Assembly (NCBI RefSeq): GCF_001949145.1
Contig: NW_019091357.1
Coordinates: forward strand, 370,801 to 434,800
Direction: 5' to 3'
Length of the DNA: 64,000 bases
Origin: Acanthaster planci
Lineage: Eukaryota
A program made the position numbers and the translations under genes. Positions 45,301-60,398 of the stretch are shown one piece after another. A model generated the notes under the pieces. That model made no database searches. It had not been told where the DNA came from and worked only from the letters and a program-made list of their open reading frames with translations. Each line of letters opens with the position of its first letter. The first letter of the stretch is position 1.

Positions 45301-48300
45301 TCTTGGCCAACAAAAATCACGGTTTTTCTGGCAAGAAAACATGACCTTTGAGATAACAGTGACTTGATTTATCTGGAAACACTTTAGTTTTGTGCACTTT
45401 TTCTTTTGATTGTACCAAAGATGAACAAGTCATCAGTTACGTTGGTGTTAAAGGGATTGAAGTCAAGTGTATGTAACAGGACCTTTACCAAAGCTGCCTG
45501 AGGCCCGCTGTATGCACGGGCCTGCTGTATTCACGAATCCGTTTTACTTCGTACATTGGTATGGAATATTGTTGACGTTTGTGCTTCACTAGGTATAATC
45601 CTCGTTGATAGGTTCCATCGTGCATCTGACAGTAAACAGTTGCTCCCTGTTAATTCGCATTTAATCTTACACGATCCGATTAAAGTGATTGGCTCATCAA
45701 CTGGCTGTGGGCCAAAACTGTGCTAATGATGATTTTCTGAGCTATCTAGTTTGCCCATTTGGACAAAGATTGCTCAGACTCGAACAGTAATGCTACTGGA
45801 ATAATTGAACTATAGTTTTTTTCGGTGCACGAAGTTACAAACCAATTCAGTGGTACATATTGAAACTTCAAACACGCAAGGAACAGATGTTTCTATGATG
45901 TTCCAGTTCAAAGGTCGACTGGATAGCGGGCGTGTTGGTGTGTGTCGGGGGTGAATAACAGCTGTATTGGGAATATGTTCATCGCTCGTGACATCTCTGA
46001 GGGTTAACGTGACACCTTTTCCATTATTAACCTGCTTTTTGCACCGAAAAGCCATATGTCGCAGAAGAAAGCATTACAGAGGAATGTCGCCTTCTGTCAG
46101 TGACACAAGAAATGTCACAAAAGTGTCAAACACGTAACCACAGGTCCGGTCCCCAAGATTATACTTAGAACGAGGTATCTTCGTAAATTATTCGATTTAA
46201 GGTAACGATGTGCTGGATATAGGGTTGAAAATATAGTCAGAATCGATCGGAACAGAATCGATTATGCCCAGAAAAGAATCGATTATGAGCCCTAGAAATA
46301 ATCCCCATGTTCCCAGCATTCCTGACCAACACCGCGCTGATCTATATCATATATCAGAGATGGAATTTAAACCGCGGGGTTGACAACAGAGTTTCCCTGA
46401 TTATTTTTGGAATTTTTCCCCGCCGGTAGCGTGGGCCGGTGGATGACGATGCGGGATACGATGCGAGGGGACGGCAGCGGACTATCGGTACCGTAGGGAA
46501 GACAACGGGGTGTCCGGGCGAATAAAATACCCCAAGTAAGGGTACTTAGGCTCGGCGATAAAAATCGCTAAGCACTATAAAGATTCATTGTTTGTGAACG
46601 TTTACATAAATAAAATGAGACTTATAAAAGCAGAACAAAACAAAAACTAAAAAAAAAAACACCTTAACCATTTGACTCATAATACAGCAATTTACAAACA
46701 ATTACTGAATAAGACAGAAATATAAAAAGATCGTAGATGTCTGTGAAGCATTATTTTGAAAGACGACATACACTAATACGACTTTATTCAATTGCCACCG
46801 TGAACACTAGTTCGGGACAGCTTGTGTGTTGAAAATGTCATGGTACTTGCAACTTTTATTATTGATATGAAACAACCTAAATCTCCCTAAGATTTTGGGA
46901 TCTAAAACAGCTTTTTACCAATCTGGGCCTGCGGTGAAGATTATGCAGTAAAAATCCTTTCTGCCCTGACTAGTACGTACCTCAGATGTGGAACTAAGAC
47001 GCCACGTCCAGGCCAACAGGTTGAAACGCTGCGTAGGTTGGTCGGACCTTGGCGACCTAACGTCGGTTTGATTCCGGTAGCACAGGTGGATAACAGACTG
47101 TAGAGTTCAAGGAAAGCTACCGATTCCAGATGATCTCCAAACATCCGATGTCCTTGTCAAAGATCCCAACTGCAAGGGAAAAGAAGTAAGCCTCAGTAGT
47201 TGTGTGGGAACGCTTAGACCTCATATATGCTCCAAATTGGAAAAGGAAATTTATGTGACTGTTTTGACAGTAACTGTCTTTGAACATACGTTTACTGTGT
47301 TTGTATAGGTTTCTGAAACAGACACGTAAAAAACTAAAAGTAAATGTTACGGTGAACACTGCTAAACGAAATGCAGAAACGCGGACGCGTATAGTTTCCC
47401 AAACTCCCAGCTCGGAAGAACTTTGACGGATTTTGTATAAAATTCGCCCTTACAAACTTGATAGCCGTTTACCTTACCACAAACAAAAAATGGTTTGCAC
47501 TCGGGCACGAGAGTGTCTCTGATGAGAAAAACTCATATGCGCGTTACTGAACCCATATCTTATCTGTAAGATGAACATCCAAGGAAGTCAGCAACTATTG
47601 CAGACAAACTAAACTGAGAGTAGCCTACTGGATACTCACACCAAACCCGAGTTATCTGACAAGAAATAATCAGTCTTGAACTGATGAATCAAAGATCACA
47701 GAGTGACAGCACGGCAATTCATTCCTAGTAGGAGTTCAAGAGTGATCACCTCCATAACGATGTTATTATGATCGTTGGAGTTGGTCGGTGTTGGTATAAA
47801 TAGTCACAGGGCTACCTATAGACCATCAGAAATTCGAACCAGAACCCAAAATAGACGGCGGTAGAATTACACCAGCTTTGCTCTGAACCCCTTTGTTTGA
47901 GGTCACGTCACTTACAACAGACGATATTGCTATCGGGATGGATGAAAACAGAAAGAGATGGCTGGGAAAGGCCTTGGTACAAGATGGTTGATATATATTC
48001 GGAATATTCATTTCTTTAGGTATCAGTTCGAGGCTGACGCCATCTTTGTCACGTTCTCAATGTCACCATGGTGATTACAGCACAGAGTGTTATCACAGCA
48101 TCAGGGTTCACTATCGACTTATACCAAGTCGTGTGCTTAGATCCGGTTTCAAGTGCTGTGGGCTGTATTGATCTACCAGCTGCTTTAGTGTCATGATGCT
48201 CTGTTTTGGCTTGATTGAACCTGACATGTTTTGCATGTTATGATGACCTGACGAGTAAGAGAGACTTAGCAACGGGGTCAAGGGGATGAAGGATGTTCAA

Positions 48301-48574
48301 CGGAGGACTCACGGCTGTAAGCTACGAGGAGCTCAGGGAGATACAAGTGAATCCATCTACATGTAGTACCTCTTCAAAAATGGCTGATAAAATTACCAAT
48401 TCACGGGGGGGGTGCGTTCTGTTCAAAAAGATAATCTTTGAACCAATCTCCTTAAGAAATTAAGAACTTTTGAGAGGAAGGGTAGAGTACTATGTAGGCC
48501 CTATGCTGTGGCTTTTGAGGGGAAAGCTTATGCAAGAACATTGAAAAGATGATAAAAAAAGGTCACCATGAAGA

Positions 48575-48660
48575 CACTTGGCAACTCAGTTGGTCGAGCA
48601 CCGGTAAAGCGTCACGATGTATAGATTGTTGGACGTTCACATGCTACTCTCAACAACTTC
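48575..48660 (+). mobile_element. Possible degenerate tRNA-derived SINE head
   Basis: tggcaactcagttggtcgagcaccgg resembles a tRNA D-arm/A-box; the B-box is decayed (ggacgttcacat); no cloverleaf. Confidence 0.35.
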
Positions 48661-48810
48661 TTTGCTTACAATCACTATGAGAAATATGTCACCCGGGCCC
48701 AGCAATATGACAGAAAGTCAAGTCTTAGTTCTTACATTCATTCAATCAATGGAGTTGGAAAAGCATGCGCTCGTTTTGAGCAAGTCTTTAAAATAATTGT
48801 CTTGTCATAC

Positions 48811-49067
48811 CAGGGGCGGATCCAGCATTTTTCAAAGGGGGAGAGCGAGCTAAAGCAGTAATGGTATTATGGGGTCGCGGCCGTTAAATTAGGAAGATTG
48901 GGTAACCAGAAGCAGAACTGTTGTTTTTACGCCTTTGTCACATTTATGCGGCTGGGTCCCTCCCTCTATTTTCTTCCCCTTCCTCTATTTTCTTCTCTTT
49001 GTATTTATTTTTTTTGCGTGAAAAGGGGAGGGGTGCGCCCTCCAGCCCCCCCCCCGATTTACCCCTG
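48811..49067. mobile_element. hAT-like MITE (CAGGGGCGGATC type)
   Basis: caggggcggatc ... gatttacccctg termini with G/C-run subterminals; no TSD recognisable. Confidence 0.6.
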
Positions 49068-52000
49068 TAATTGAACAAGTTGAAGGACATACCTAAGTGT
49101 TTGCACTGTAGAACCGTTGTAGGCGCACATGTGTCACAGAAAAAATTCCACAATCTTGACTTGCCTCTGCTGAACAATACCCGTCTAGACTTTTATCAAG
49201 CAGTCTCCGATGTCAAGGCAGTGATGAATGCTTGACGTTTAAAATGTTGACACCCAGAAGTCTGAGATATGTGTATTTGTGTGCATGTATAGAGTCTTTT
49301 GAAAGCCAAAAGGAATGTACTATGATTACATCTATGAATGTACCATCAGCCAGTGAGGTTGACCTACTTGTGGGGTTCACGACACGAAAAAAACAACAAA
49401 GGGTTTGCGAGCAGCTCTCAATGCACTTTGAAAAATATACAACGATGCAGCAGGATGATCAACGGAGTGGTTTTGACGTATTTTTGTCAACGAACAATAG
49501 CAAAAATTAACCATTAAATGACAAATCCATGGACAGAATGGGATGGACTTCAGTATAGCTCACCAATAAATCAGTGACGGATTACTGCCTTCTGAATCTA
49601 CAGTACAAAGATTACAGCCAACGGCTGCTGTATTTCGATTGGGTTTTGCTCCTTTTTCCGCTCAGTGCCAATTACAGGGGTTCGTTACAGAGAACAAGGA
49701 ATTGGAACTAGCGTTTAACACTGCATTCATACACAACATTGTGATTTCAATAAAGCGGCGGTGCATTTGAAGATTCAATTTTGAAAGGTACATTAGCCTG
49801 CACTGTGATAAACCCCTTTCGTGACGATTTCTCATTCTCACTGTTTACAAAAGCATTGAAAACCCAACGTGAACTTCAATAGAAGAGATTCCATAGAGAC
49901 GGAAGTGTAGAGAGTAATGCCATAATAAAGCAATAATGCAACTTTCGAGGTTCACTGTTTACAACAAAACGTCATCACTCGTTATACAAAACGCTATTAG
50001 TTTGACATCTATTAAATGCACAGATGAAGATTTACCAGGAATTACGAATTGACCAAGAAAAAACAGCAAAAATGAAAATGAAGGGTCTTCGTCGTTCTCC
50101 TGGCTATGTATGCAAAGTAAGCCATCGTCATACGACAGCACTATGACTTCGCCTGACGCCGCTCACCGACAGATTCGAAACCGCTGCCATACACCTGCAT
50201 AATCAGTACACGAAAACAGCTCGACCCTATCAATTAAGGTGAGGAAGAACAATATAGTTGACCTGCGCAACAACGACTTACCTACCTGAGAGGCTCTTGT
50301 CACCCACGATAAATCTTTGTTGGCGTTGGTGTTAGGTTTTTACACAACGCAAGAGCACGGAATACATGCACTGAAATCAAAATACATCTCAAAAAGCCAT
50401 TCCCAGGTGTCAAAGTGAGTAGTAAGTCACCTGTATTGTTGTTTCCATACAAAACCAAGCATTACTCTGGTTGGTTCATGGATTAACTCTCTTTCCTGCA
50501 TAATCAGAGGAAAACCAGAATTTGACCACACGCAGAGATGAACTAATAGCCCAACACCTGATGGATGCTAACTTGATATTGAACACACATTTTGCGCTCA
50601 TGTCACGACCTCTATGAATATTCACATTCACACAAGCTAATCCGGTTGCAATCATTGTATGAGTGTCGGAATGGGAACAATTTAATGTTCCCTGATTTGA
50701 CACAGGGAACTGGGTCAGGTACATGGCTGAATTGAATATCATATTTCGTTTGGTATTCACATTTGCTTGACACAAGCCTTTTCATTGGGATGTAGGCCTA
50801 GGCCGAGGTATAATATGAAAATGTTGCACATGTACATGCACATGTACCATTACCTCAGCGTACACTGCCTACTGACCGAAAATCTAACCTTGAAACTACT
50901 GCCGTCTACCAACAACCATCAAGGCGTTGAATATTTAACTATCACTGACTGCTGTGATGACGTTTTGAACACATGAGGAGAAACGTAATATCCCACATTA
51001 CAGCAGTCAACACTTTTTAGATGTCGCTCTGTCTCGTGATCGTTCTGGACCAATGAAAAAAAAAAGCATTAAAGACAGACTGCAGTACATTAGCAGACAA
51101 ACCAGAGACTGGATGTAAGTCTAAATTTGGTATCTCTTAATAGCCCCCTACAACCCCAAGATACCCAGAAGCTCGGTAGTATTTATTTGAAAGATTAAAA
51201 TACTTTTCAAGCAATTATCTCTCACCATGCTCTCGTGGACGTTTAATCCAAAGGGTCTTTAGGCTGTTTATAAATACTTCGGTGGCGACAATAAAACCTT
51301 GGAGTGTCTACAAAACAAATAACCAGCAACTAGATTCACACACGTGTACACAACCACCATTTTTTTCTGCATCAGTAACAATTCATATGTTTTCTTATCT
51401 ATATTTTTCTTATCTGAAACAAAAATGTTATTTCTAATCCAAGTTCCAACCCTGAGGCGTACGGACGACCTCACCGCCGCTGAGTTTCTATCGAAACAAG
51501 TTTGATGTCTGTTTGAATTGTCGACAAAACTACAAAGGTATATCGTTTCACGAATCACCCACCTTTACAAGGCTGACGAGAAAACACGATATTCCCTCAG
51601 TAAAACAAATCTTGGGAACAAAAGCGACCTTCCAAAAATGCACGCTTTCATAATATACACGAATGATGTAGTAAAATATATCAAATGGTACACTGATGTC
51701 CAATTCAAAACCGCCAAGGCAGGCCAGACGACCGCTGTGGTGATGATGCCTCACATTGACGAACAGCAAAAATGTATCTGCGGTCAAATGTTGCGGCAGA
51801 TGTTTACAAACATGAACCCTGGAAGCTCTGTATGCTTTACCAGCCTGGCCAACAATATATTGGAAATGAAATGGGACTTACGAATTCCACTTTGGTGTGA
51901 TACCTGATGTAACATCTTGAGAGCTTGTTCGGTGGTTCTCTGCCCACAACCGCACTAACGCGCTGTGATGTAGATTACCAGTATGCCTTTATTTCTAATC

Positions 52001-55000
52001 GTTAATGTGTTTGCGGTTTCTTATCTCCTCTGGGATATGAACGTACGACATGAACCCCTGCGGTGCAGAAATTGCTGGTAAGGATTGTTTTCAGAGTAGG
52101 ATACAGATACAGATTTGACTTCAGTTTTGCTGTGTAATGCTGAGGGTTATCGGCTGACGCAGATATTCAGTTATTTGTGGGTGCGGTTAGTAGAAATGAA
52201 ATTAGGCTGCTCAGGTGATGATCAGATATGCGAGGGACGGTTGGGTGGGTGTAACCGGAATGAGATTCCACAAAGAAGGTTGTCATAGCTTCGTGGTTTG
52301 TCATCCTTCAAATCTTGACTAGTAGCAACCTGAGTTCAATTCACAAATCCATACTCTGTACAGACAGCACAAAATTCCCTTTAAAATATCAATCGAATTA
52401 ATGCAGTAAGCTGTGGTCTTGCATTTTTACCGAATAACTTTTGATAGGTTGAACTATGTCTTGAAACCTCATAAAGTTGCCATGATCTTGACAGGAAACC
52501 TTATTTGCTCAAACAAATGAGCTGCACTTCTAGTTCACATTGATATTAAAATTGCTAGAACTTACATACTCCATAAACTATAAGGTCTATTTCGTATTCC
52601 TTTGCAAGTGTACCGTGCCATAGCGAAATAGACAGCTCCAGTACTTCAACGATGCATGGAAGTACGGACGAGGTTCGATTTCACTGATGTACAGGTCTCG
52701 TTGGATGATGACCCGAAGAAAAGGATGCCATTATCTGTCACTTTGAGTTCTTGCCGACATGGACAAGCAACTGACAACTTCTCGAGTATACCCATCGGTC
52801 GTTGGTGTGGCGCTGTGCGTCCCACGCCGCGCGTAGTACTGGCACAAATTCGTGTATCGTATGGCGTTTACACGTGCTCCGCGTGCCGTGTATACTGACC
52901 TTCAACTGAAATAATGTCGTCATGATGAGATCGTAACCGATTTGTGGTGTTTTATACATATTAAATTACTCACATATGGAAACCGATAAAACCTTAATAG
53001 GGTTTAGCCGGTCGCCACCTGATCTTTGCCAGATTGAAAAAATCAAAAGAGGAAAATGTGCTTTCAGTTTTCCGACAACTTTTGTGGCTCAATCGCTTTA
53101 AACCCCTCCTGCCAAATGGCAAAAGGAACAAGTGTTTTATTGATCCGTTGACCGCACGCCGCCGCACAAAAGGGTTTCACTCAACCGTGAAACCACAAAC
53201 CGCAGAAGCGTGGCAGGTTAGAGGTTAAATTTGAATGTGCATGATTCGTTTCATATTGCTAAAATTCCCCAAGGTTTCAACAAATTTATGACAACTCAAT
53301 GGCACTCTACTTGAGTGGAAGGTAAGTTCAATATTTTGAAAGTCAGCGTCCGCCCAGTAGTGCATTTTAGAGAAGTTCTACCCCTCAAAGTCTTCATCCT
53401 GTTATCAGTCTGTGCATCTTCCAGGCTGAGCGACACTTGTCTTACCGTGAATACAATCTAAGATGGAAAGGGCGGAACTGGAACTTCTACATATCTCTCA
53501 GACTTTCTCTCTCTCAATTTTAAAATTTAAAGTGATTTCAAAGTCGTGTTTTTCTAGGTCTAGAGTATGCAGTGTCGCGTGTAATTCTGCGACCAGGTGT
53601 AAATCCTTGGCGTACATCGCATGCGACAGGCTGCATGGCTCGGTTGTAGTTAGGATTTCAGCATGGTGTCGGGATGTTTGTTGTGTAGTCATGGACTTAG
53701 TTTCGGACTCTTGCCGTGTTCAGGTCAACCATAGGTCACAGCTTGTCAAAAATGTGGAAGTTATTTTTGTAGTCCAGTTAGATGGTTGTATAAAACTTCA
53801 TGACGTTAATTTGCATGTTCCAAGGAACAAACCTATCAAACATATAAGTGCCACTTCATTTCTTGAACGATACAGGCTCAACATAACGTCATTGTTTGTG
53901 GATGCTCAAGCGTACAACCGTGTTTTGTAAGAACCAGTCAGGCCGCCTTTGCTCAAGGCCCAGCGGGTGAAATAACAGGATGACGCACAGGTTAATAAAG
54001 TCTGGTTTCGATGCGATATAGAACGACGCATTGTGATAGGGGAATGAATCAAGTTCAGCTAATGATCCAATTATGCCATAAAGACGAGGCCTGCATGATC
54101 ATGGTGGCCACTGCTATGAGAGAGGGTTCCGTTTCGAATGATGGCGCCCTTGATACAGAATTGGACGCTATTTGTCATCTTGAATAAGGAACAGAAAATG
54201 AAACAGGCTAAAAATGTAGAAATAATGTGCCTTTATGATTGTGTAAGCCCTATATATAGCCTTGTTTCAGAATGCAAAAAAAGTAGAGTCCCGTAAAAGG
54301 TCCTCAAAGAACAGAAATCCTAGGATGAAGTCAAGTGCTGGAGTGGCATATAAGAATGACGCAGCTTTCTCGCGTATTGATACAATTTAGACAGTAAAGT
54401 TGACTAAATGCAGTGAGTTTGATGTTCACGAATAGAGCAAAATACCACAAACATTCCTAGCTCAGCTTTCAACCCAACCGAAAACTGCCGTTGAGTCGGT
54501 TTGTCTATTACGTCACAGGGATTATCTCGTTTGATTGGACAACAGCATGCTTAGTCTGGAACCTGCAAATCCCCTCATTGTGTTCTGCCCGTTTAATCCC
54601 AGGTATTTGACCTTGCCAGTTTCATAAGATTTACCTGGGTCTCTGTACAGATTTCAAGTCTGGGACTGATGACAATGGAAGTATCAGTCCCACAATGATA
54701 TAATAATAATTACATCAACGGGTTCAACAGCATACAGACCGTTTTAAATTATTTAGAACTTACAAGATATACAAGGAATCAAACAATATGCCAAGAATAG
54801 TGGAACTTTTAGATTTTGCTCAGCTTGTCGCTTTTCTAAATCGGGTTACAACTACAGCTTAATACTTTGCGACAAGACAGCCATGCACGTGCGCGTCATA
54901 TTGAAGATAAGACAAAGTATCCTTGCTGAAGATGTGAGCACAATATAAGATACTTTTCAATCTGCAAATTTACCCTAATTTTGTTATTTGCATCCTGTCT

Positions 55001-57678
55001 TTTCCACATTGAGTCAAGTTTCCGTTTCTGGAGCAGATACATGTTGAGACATTGCTTGTAAGAAAGTTCCAGACACGGAAGAATTCTCACAATAACAGCT
55101 GTGACCTTTGAACTTAAGACTCTTTATCTTTGACCTGGAAAACTGGGTTATATCCCGATTACACGCTTTGACAAAAAGACGTCAGAACAAGTAATGGATT
55201 TTATTTGACGAGAGCAGGTTTCGTGCTCTGAATACTCAGCCCTGAGAGAGAGCACATCCAGAGTTTTATCCGTGATAGATTTGCACTTACATACCTAAGC
55301 TTGCTGATCGCTTATAAAAATGTACAGAAACAAATTGAAAGGAACCAGTCCAAACACTACGCGCGCATGCGCAGCAACGTGGAGACAAACTGGGAACAAG
55401 GACTTATTTCTCACGAGGCGATGTGTTGACGGTCGATAAAAGATCATCGTTTGTGTCAACTGCTTCGGGCAACAGCCCTCAAGCGGCAATGAAAGTGCTT
55501 TGAAAGTTCATGGAGGTTCAGGACTTTTCGTTTATCTGTAAAAGACCGAATTTCATGAAAATCTAGGTCGGGTGTATATCAATTTCAAGAAAGTAACTCT
55601 TTTGACATAGCTATCAATCAATGTCACCCCCTGAGGCCCCGCAAATCATGTTTTTTCAAGTATGTTTTTCATCTGAGCCATTGTCACAAAATGTACTTTT
55701 TATTTCGCCGCTTCCGATCGCATTCTTCTTGAACAAAAGAATAACACTACGAGATAATTAAAATTAAACCAAAATGCACCAAACAGATGTAAGTCCCACT
55801 TGTATGTCATCGCACATTGGCACAACAATACATAAATTATAGCAAACCGTGCGGCCGTCCAATCGATACCCCTTCGTTCGCTAAGAGTGTCAAAGATGGT
55901 CAAAGGCCTATAATACAGATTTGGGACCTATACCATTCTTAGTCTTTTCCTTTGAGTGAGATGACGAAGTTCTTACCTTTCTGGCACTAAAATTTTAGTT
56001 TCTTTGGATTGTTTTAAGCTCTATCTGTGTCCTATCGAACATAACATCCTGGCATCGGCGGATGTTAAGCTAGTTTATGTCACGCATGGGCAGACCTGGG
56101 GCGGTGGAAAAGTTAGACGCAAGAAGGAAACCAAAATGTACCGTACCAATTCCTAACTTGTTGCCCTCACAATCTTACAAATCAAACGAATAAGAAAGAT
56201 GACAACTGCGAGAATGCCGAAATCAAATCAAATCTTTTCTTCTTCACAATATAAGGAGTGAGTAGCCTGTCTTCCAGCTTGTTAAATTTCGAGACGCACA
56301 AACACAATTAAATCACAAGCCGCCCCTTTGTGTTAAAGAAATCTACCTTCCAGTAAAAACCCCGAAAATAATGGGTGAGACCATACAAGCACCGCACGTT
56401 GCAATCAACTGAAACAGTTCGACAGCTAAGTAGTTATTTACAAGATAACAAGGCTGGCGGCATCACCTTTTTAAAAAGATGTTAAAAGAAGACAAACTCT
56501 CGAGCTGCATCAACCCAAGGACACGCCACACATATCCAGCAGAACATTCTATTCAGTTTCTTCACCCTACTTCTCCTAGTGCCTGCTGGTGTAATTATCC
56601 GTGCGCATTCTGCAACCAAGTGTGCAGACTTTTTTCACATCAAATTGAACCATTAGGCCGCTAGCTTGGTATGATCTGCACCCAAACACTAGGGGGCTAT
56701 GGGGATGGTCTGGGGAGATGGGTCATTTGCAAAAGTGGTGAGACAAATACAGGCCGACTGATACAGGAAAAGAAATTCACATTACGGGAAAAGAAATGCA
56801 TGCAAAGACTCGTAATCACGGGCATATGATGCATTTATGCGCACGTCTCACCCTTAAACACGGGGTTTCCATAATTGGCCCTACCATTTAACAAACTATC
56901 ATGTCAATGCGATCAGGTTGACTGAAGTCTACGCTAGTGCCCCCTCGCCTCACGCGCGCTCATTCTGGTGCAGTACATTACTCCGCGTACGGGTGGTCTT
57001 CGTCCGCGATCGGGCGCCTTTTTGAACGCTGGAATAGAATATCCCGAGAGCTTTGTGTTTGATACGGCATGAGGTGAAGCCTTATATATACCGACCTGGT
57101 CTAGCCTAGAAGCGGGACTCTGAGCATGATGTTGTAAGGCTGGCAAATAATGACATGACTCGATAATTAGCCAAAAAATGTGAATAGTGAGGAGATATAC
57201 TCGTTGTATAACTTACTCCCTAAATAGTTGCAGTGGCATGCAATCTTTAATGATTCAACAGGACCTTGGAATAGAAATGATAGCTACATTTGAGAACAGG
57301 TGTAGAAGCAGGTGATGCAAGAAAAAGAAATCACACAGTTTTTGCGACGCGAAGACTATTTTGGCAATTTGTTTATCTTTAGGTTTTGATTTTGTGTTGT
57401 TTACACAAACCACTTGGGTCATTAGTGCTGTATGATGTGCGGATGGGTTTATGACCCAACGAATGTGGCGTATTTACATCTTTCATTGAAAATCGAAAGA
57501 AAGCAATGGTCCCGGAGTCCCAAAATTTGATGATTTATGTACTGTTCTTTGAATACAAACGTATTTCTTGCATTCCTTACTCGTGAAAACACATTTTTAT
57601 AATGTGCGCGTCGAGAAGTGATTTCTGCCAAAACCCAATCATGCTGAGGAATATAATCATAAAACAATACAGGTACCA

Positions 57679-57737
57679 GTACCATTGGGACTCTTTTATG
57701 TAACCGTCACGAGGCCATAAAACAGTCCCAATGGTAC
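57679..57737. repeat. 59-bp near-perfect hairpin
   Basis: gtaccattgggactcttttatg / cataaaacagtcccaatggtac: 22-bp arms, one mismatch, 15-nt loop. Confidence 0.85.
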
Positions 57738-60398
57738 CGGGCACCTTGAAGGACACCCGTCTTATAGAAAAACTATAAGGTTTGAGTCAATAATAGTGGT
57801 CGGAAAAATCTTTGTATTGAGTTCGAGTGGTCGGCATTTGTATCGCTATATAAATACATATTTCTAATCATTATAGTGCCCAGAAAACATACGAAGTTTC
57901 ATCCGATCGATGTAGAAACTTGAAAGCAATCAGTACAATCGTCCTGCTGCGAACATATCTCAGATGCTTAGATCAACAGAAGAAATAACAGTCCGAGCTG
58001 TTGTTTATTCTAAGAACGAATTTTCTCCCACGTCGGATGGCACCTAACGGCAAACTCCGCACGGCATAGCAACCCACTCATTTCTCACTCATGATGGCAC
58101 GTCACAAACCCCGTAGCAATCCAGGTCATTTCTGATTCAACAACTGAGGCAGGAGTTACATCCTCTTGAATGTCTCTCGTTGCCTCGATGGCACTTCAAG
58201 TGGGCCTCCCACGCCGGTTAAGTTGTCGAGCCTTCTTGACTCCACAGAATAGCATTTGTTAGCGCGACCAGATCTTTCAAGTTGAGGAATCAACTTACGC
58301 CGCAGATACCCAAGTGAGGTCCATGCTTATTAATATTTTGAAATCCTGCACCGCTGTAGCGGAAAAATAGTTTTGTGATATTTTTGCTTGTTTCCAAGGA
58401 CAGATCATTTCGAAAAATTAAGAATGACTAATAGCATTTTAAAAATGGGGTGAGAGTGGGCTTCTGTTTATGACAACAATTTGAAGAATTTCGATAACAC
58501 AAACTTCTAGTATTTAAAAAAATTCCACAGTCACGGGTAAGACCGGGCACTTTGACATTCGTCATATCTTTCCCGGTGGGGAAAGTCAAACTTTGGACTT
58601 GTGCAGATTAGACCAAATAGATGGGTAGCTTCCTAGCAAACCCAGCATGGTAGATCGTAAGAGAAGACGGAGGGTGGAGGTGGATGAAACCTTGAACTCA
58701 CTCTCTTGGTGACGTGAATGCACTCGTGCTTGTGACAATATGACACGACCCTCTGCCACATATTTGATCCCAGAGCTCAAGCTGTTTGGGTGTTTTGGTA
58801 ACAAAACAAATGCCCATTTCAGCCTTTCCAGACTGTTTGAAATCCCAAGCCACCTGTCAATCATAGTCTGTTTGTCGTTTCTACAAGCGATCGGCTGTTT
58901 ACCCTATTGCTTCTGACGTAACAAGAAGACTATATTTTTGCCTGCTCCGTCCGCGATCTCCTGATCAATGTCCCTAATTTTTGGAATATTCAATTCTCCC
59001 GTTTATCGAAAGTGTTTCTCTTGAAAGCTATAATCTCCTCAGATGTATAATAACACAGTGAGGTTCGTTCATAGCTAACTGCTCTGGAAGAGGAAGTAGG
59101 AAACGTCAGTGGCAAGATTCTCTTACCGCCTGGAAAGTGATTACGGAATCTCTTGCTCACCATCCGCAAATTCTGTGTTTGGGTCTCGTAAAAAAGGATC
59201 TACCCATTTTCGTTATGGGCCACCGTAAACCACAAGCATACGCTCAACCTTGTTGCGATCACTCGGTATATTTTGAGCGGGATCTCTGTTAGTTCGTGAC
59301 CCGTGGGATCAATTCGAGGGTCTTGACTTTTCAGAACAGGTGACAAACAGACGAATGAAGTCTCAGTGAGTTCCACACGTCAAACCTGTACTGCTTGTTG
59401 GAGAACAAAATAGAGCCAAACATTTTCATTCTGTTGTAACCATAAAATTTGAGTTTCCTTTGACTTTTTATACATGACAAACTGTTTTTCTTTCAAGGGT
59501 ACAATATTAAGAATGACACTTTCACCAGTTTAATACTTCACGACAAGATGTTACGCTTCTTTTAGGACTAACCGCTTACGATAGACCAGGATGACAACTG
59601 TGTTTCCTCAACAAGTTTTTACCTCGCTCTTAAGTCTGATAGATCTTGAGATTTATGTCTGCTTCGAGTCTGCGTCTGTTTTTTTATAAGCCATTCCGAC
59701 AATTCGTCCTCTCTCGCAAATCCGATAGGTCTAAACAGCCTGAAACATCGGCATAAGGCAAATGACCGCGACGCCTGGTGGTAAGGACGGCCCATTAATT
59801 CATGTGATCGCTCATTTTGCAAAACAGTCTCGATTTCCAATAATCTGACCAGACCCTAATCGATACCAATAGGCCTACTACGACAAAATACGCTAACCGC
59901 CAATTCCGTGCGCTGCTCCGTACGAGTTCTGCGCAGTTTACATAGCACGCAAATATTTATTTTTAGCTAACCGGTATTAATCGAGCGCAAATAACTTGTT
60001 CGAGAACTTAGCTATTTCGACCCATAGCGTCGCATATTTTCTTAATGGAAAATTCATTGGCTGGAATAACCAAACAGCCCAAAAACAAAACCCAGAGAAT
60101 GAACTACTTGAAACGCACAACTTCCAAGATGAAGACAGGCCCTATACTTCTGAGTGCATGATTAACGCGAGGAGCATAAAAAGGTCAGAAAACTCTAACA
60201 ACTTTTCACTTGGCACGCCGGATCGTTTCGAAAGCTTCAAAACAGGTCTTCCCAAGGAGAACCTTTACTTTTCGCAAAAGGGCAACGCATGCACACAGTA
60301 ACTAAACAAGGGAAAATTCCACATAAAAAAGTAGAACAAATCACTTTTTTAGAAAATAACCAAATTTGAAATAGAACATAAAAAATCAAGTTACTTAC

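Noticed and set aside
48575..48660. Functional tRNA gene
   Set aside because: There is no intact T-arm (GTTCRA) or acceptor stem; at most this is a SINE relic.
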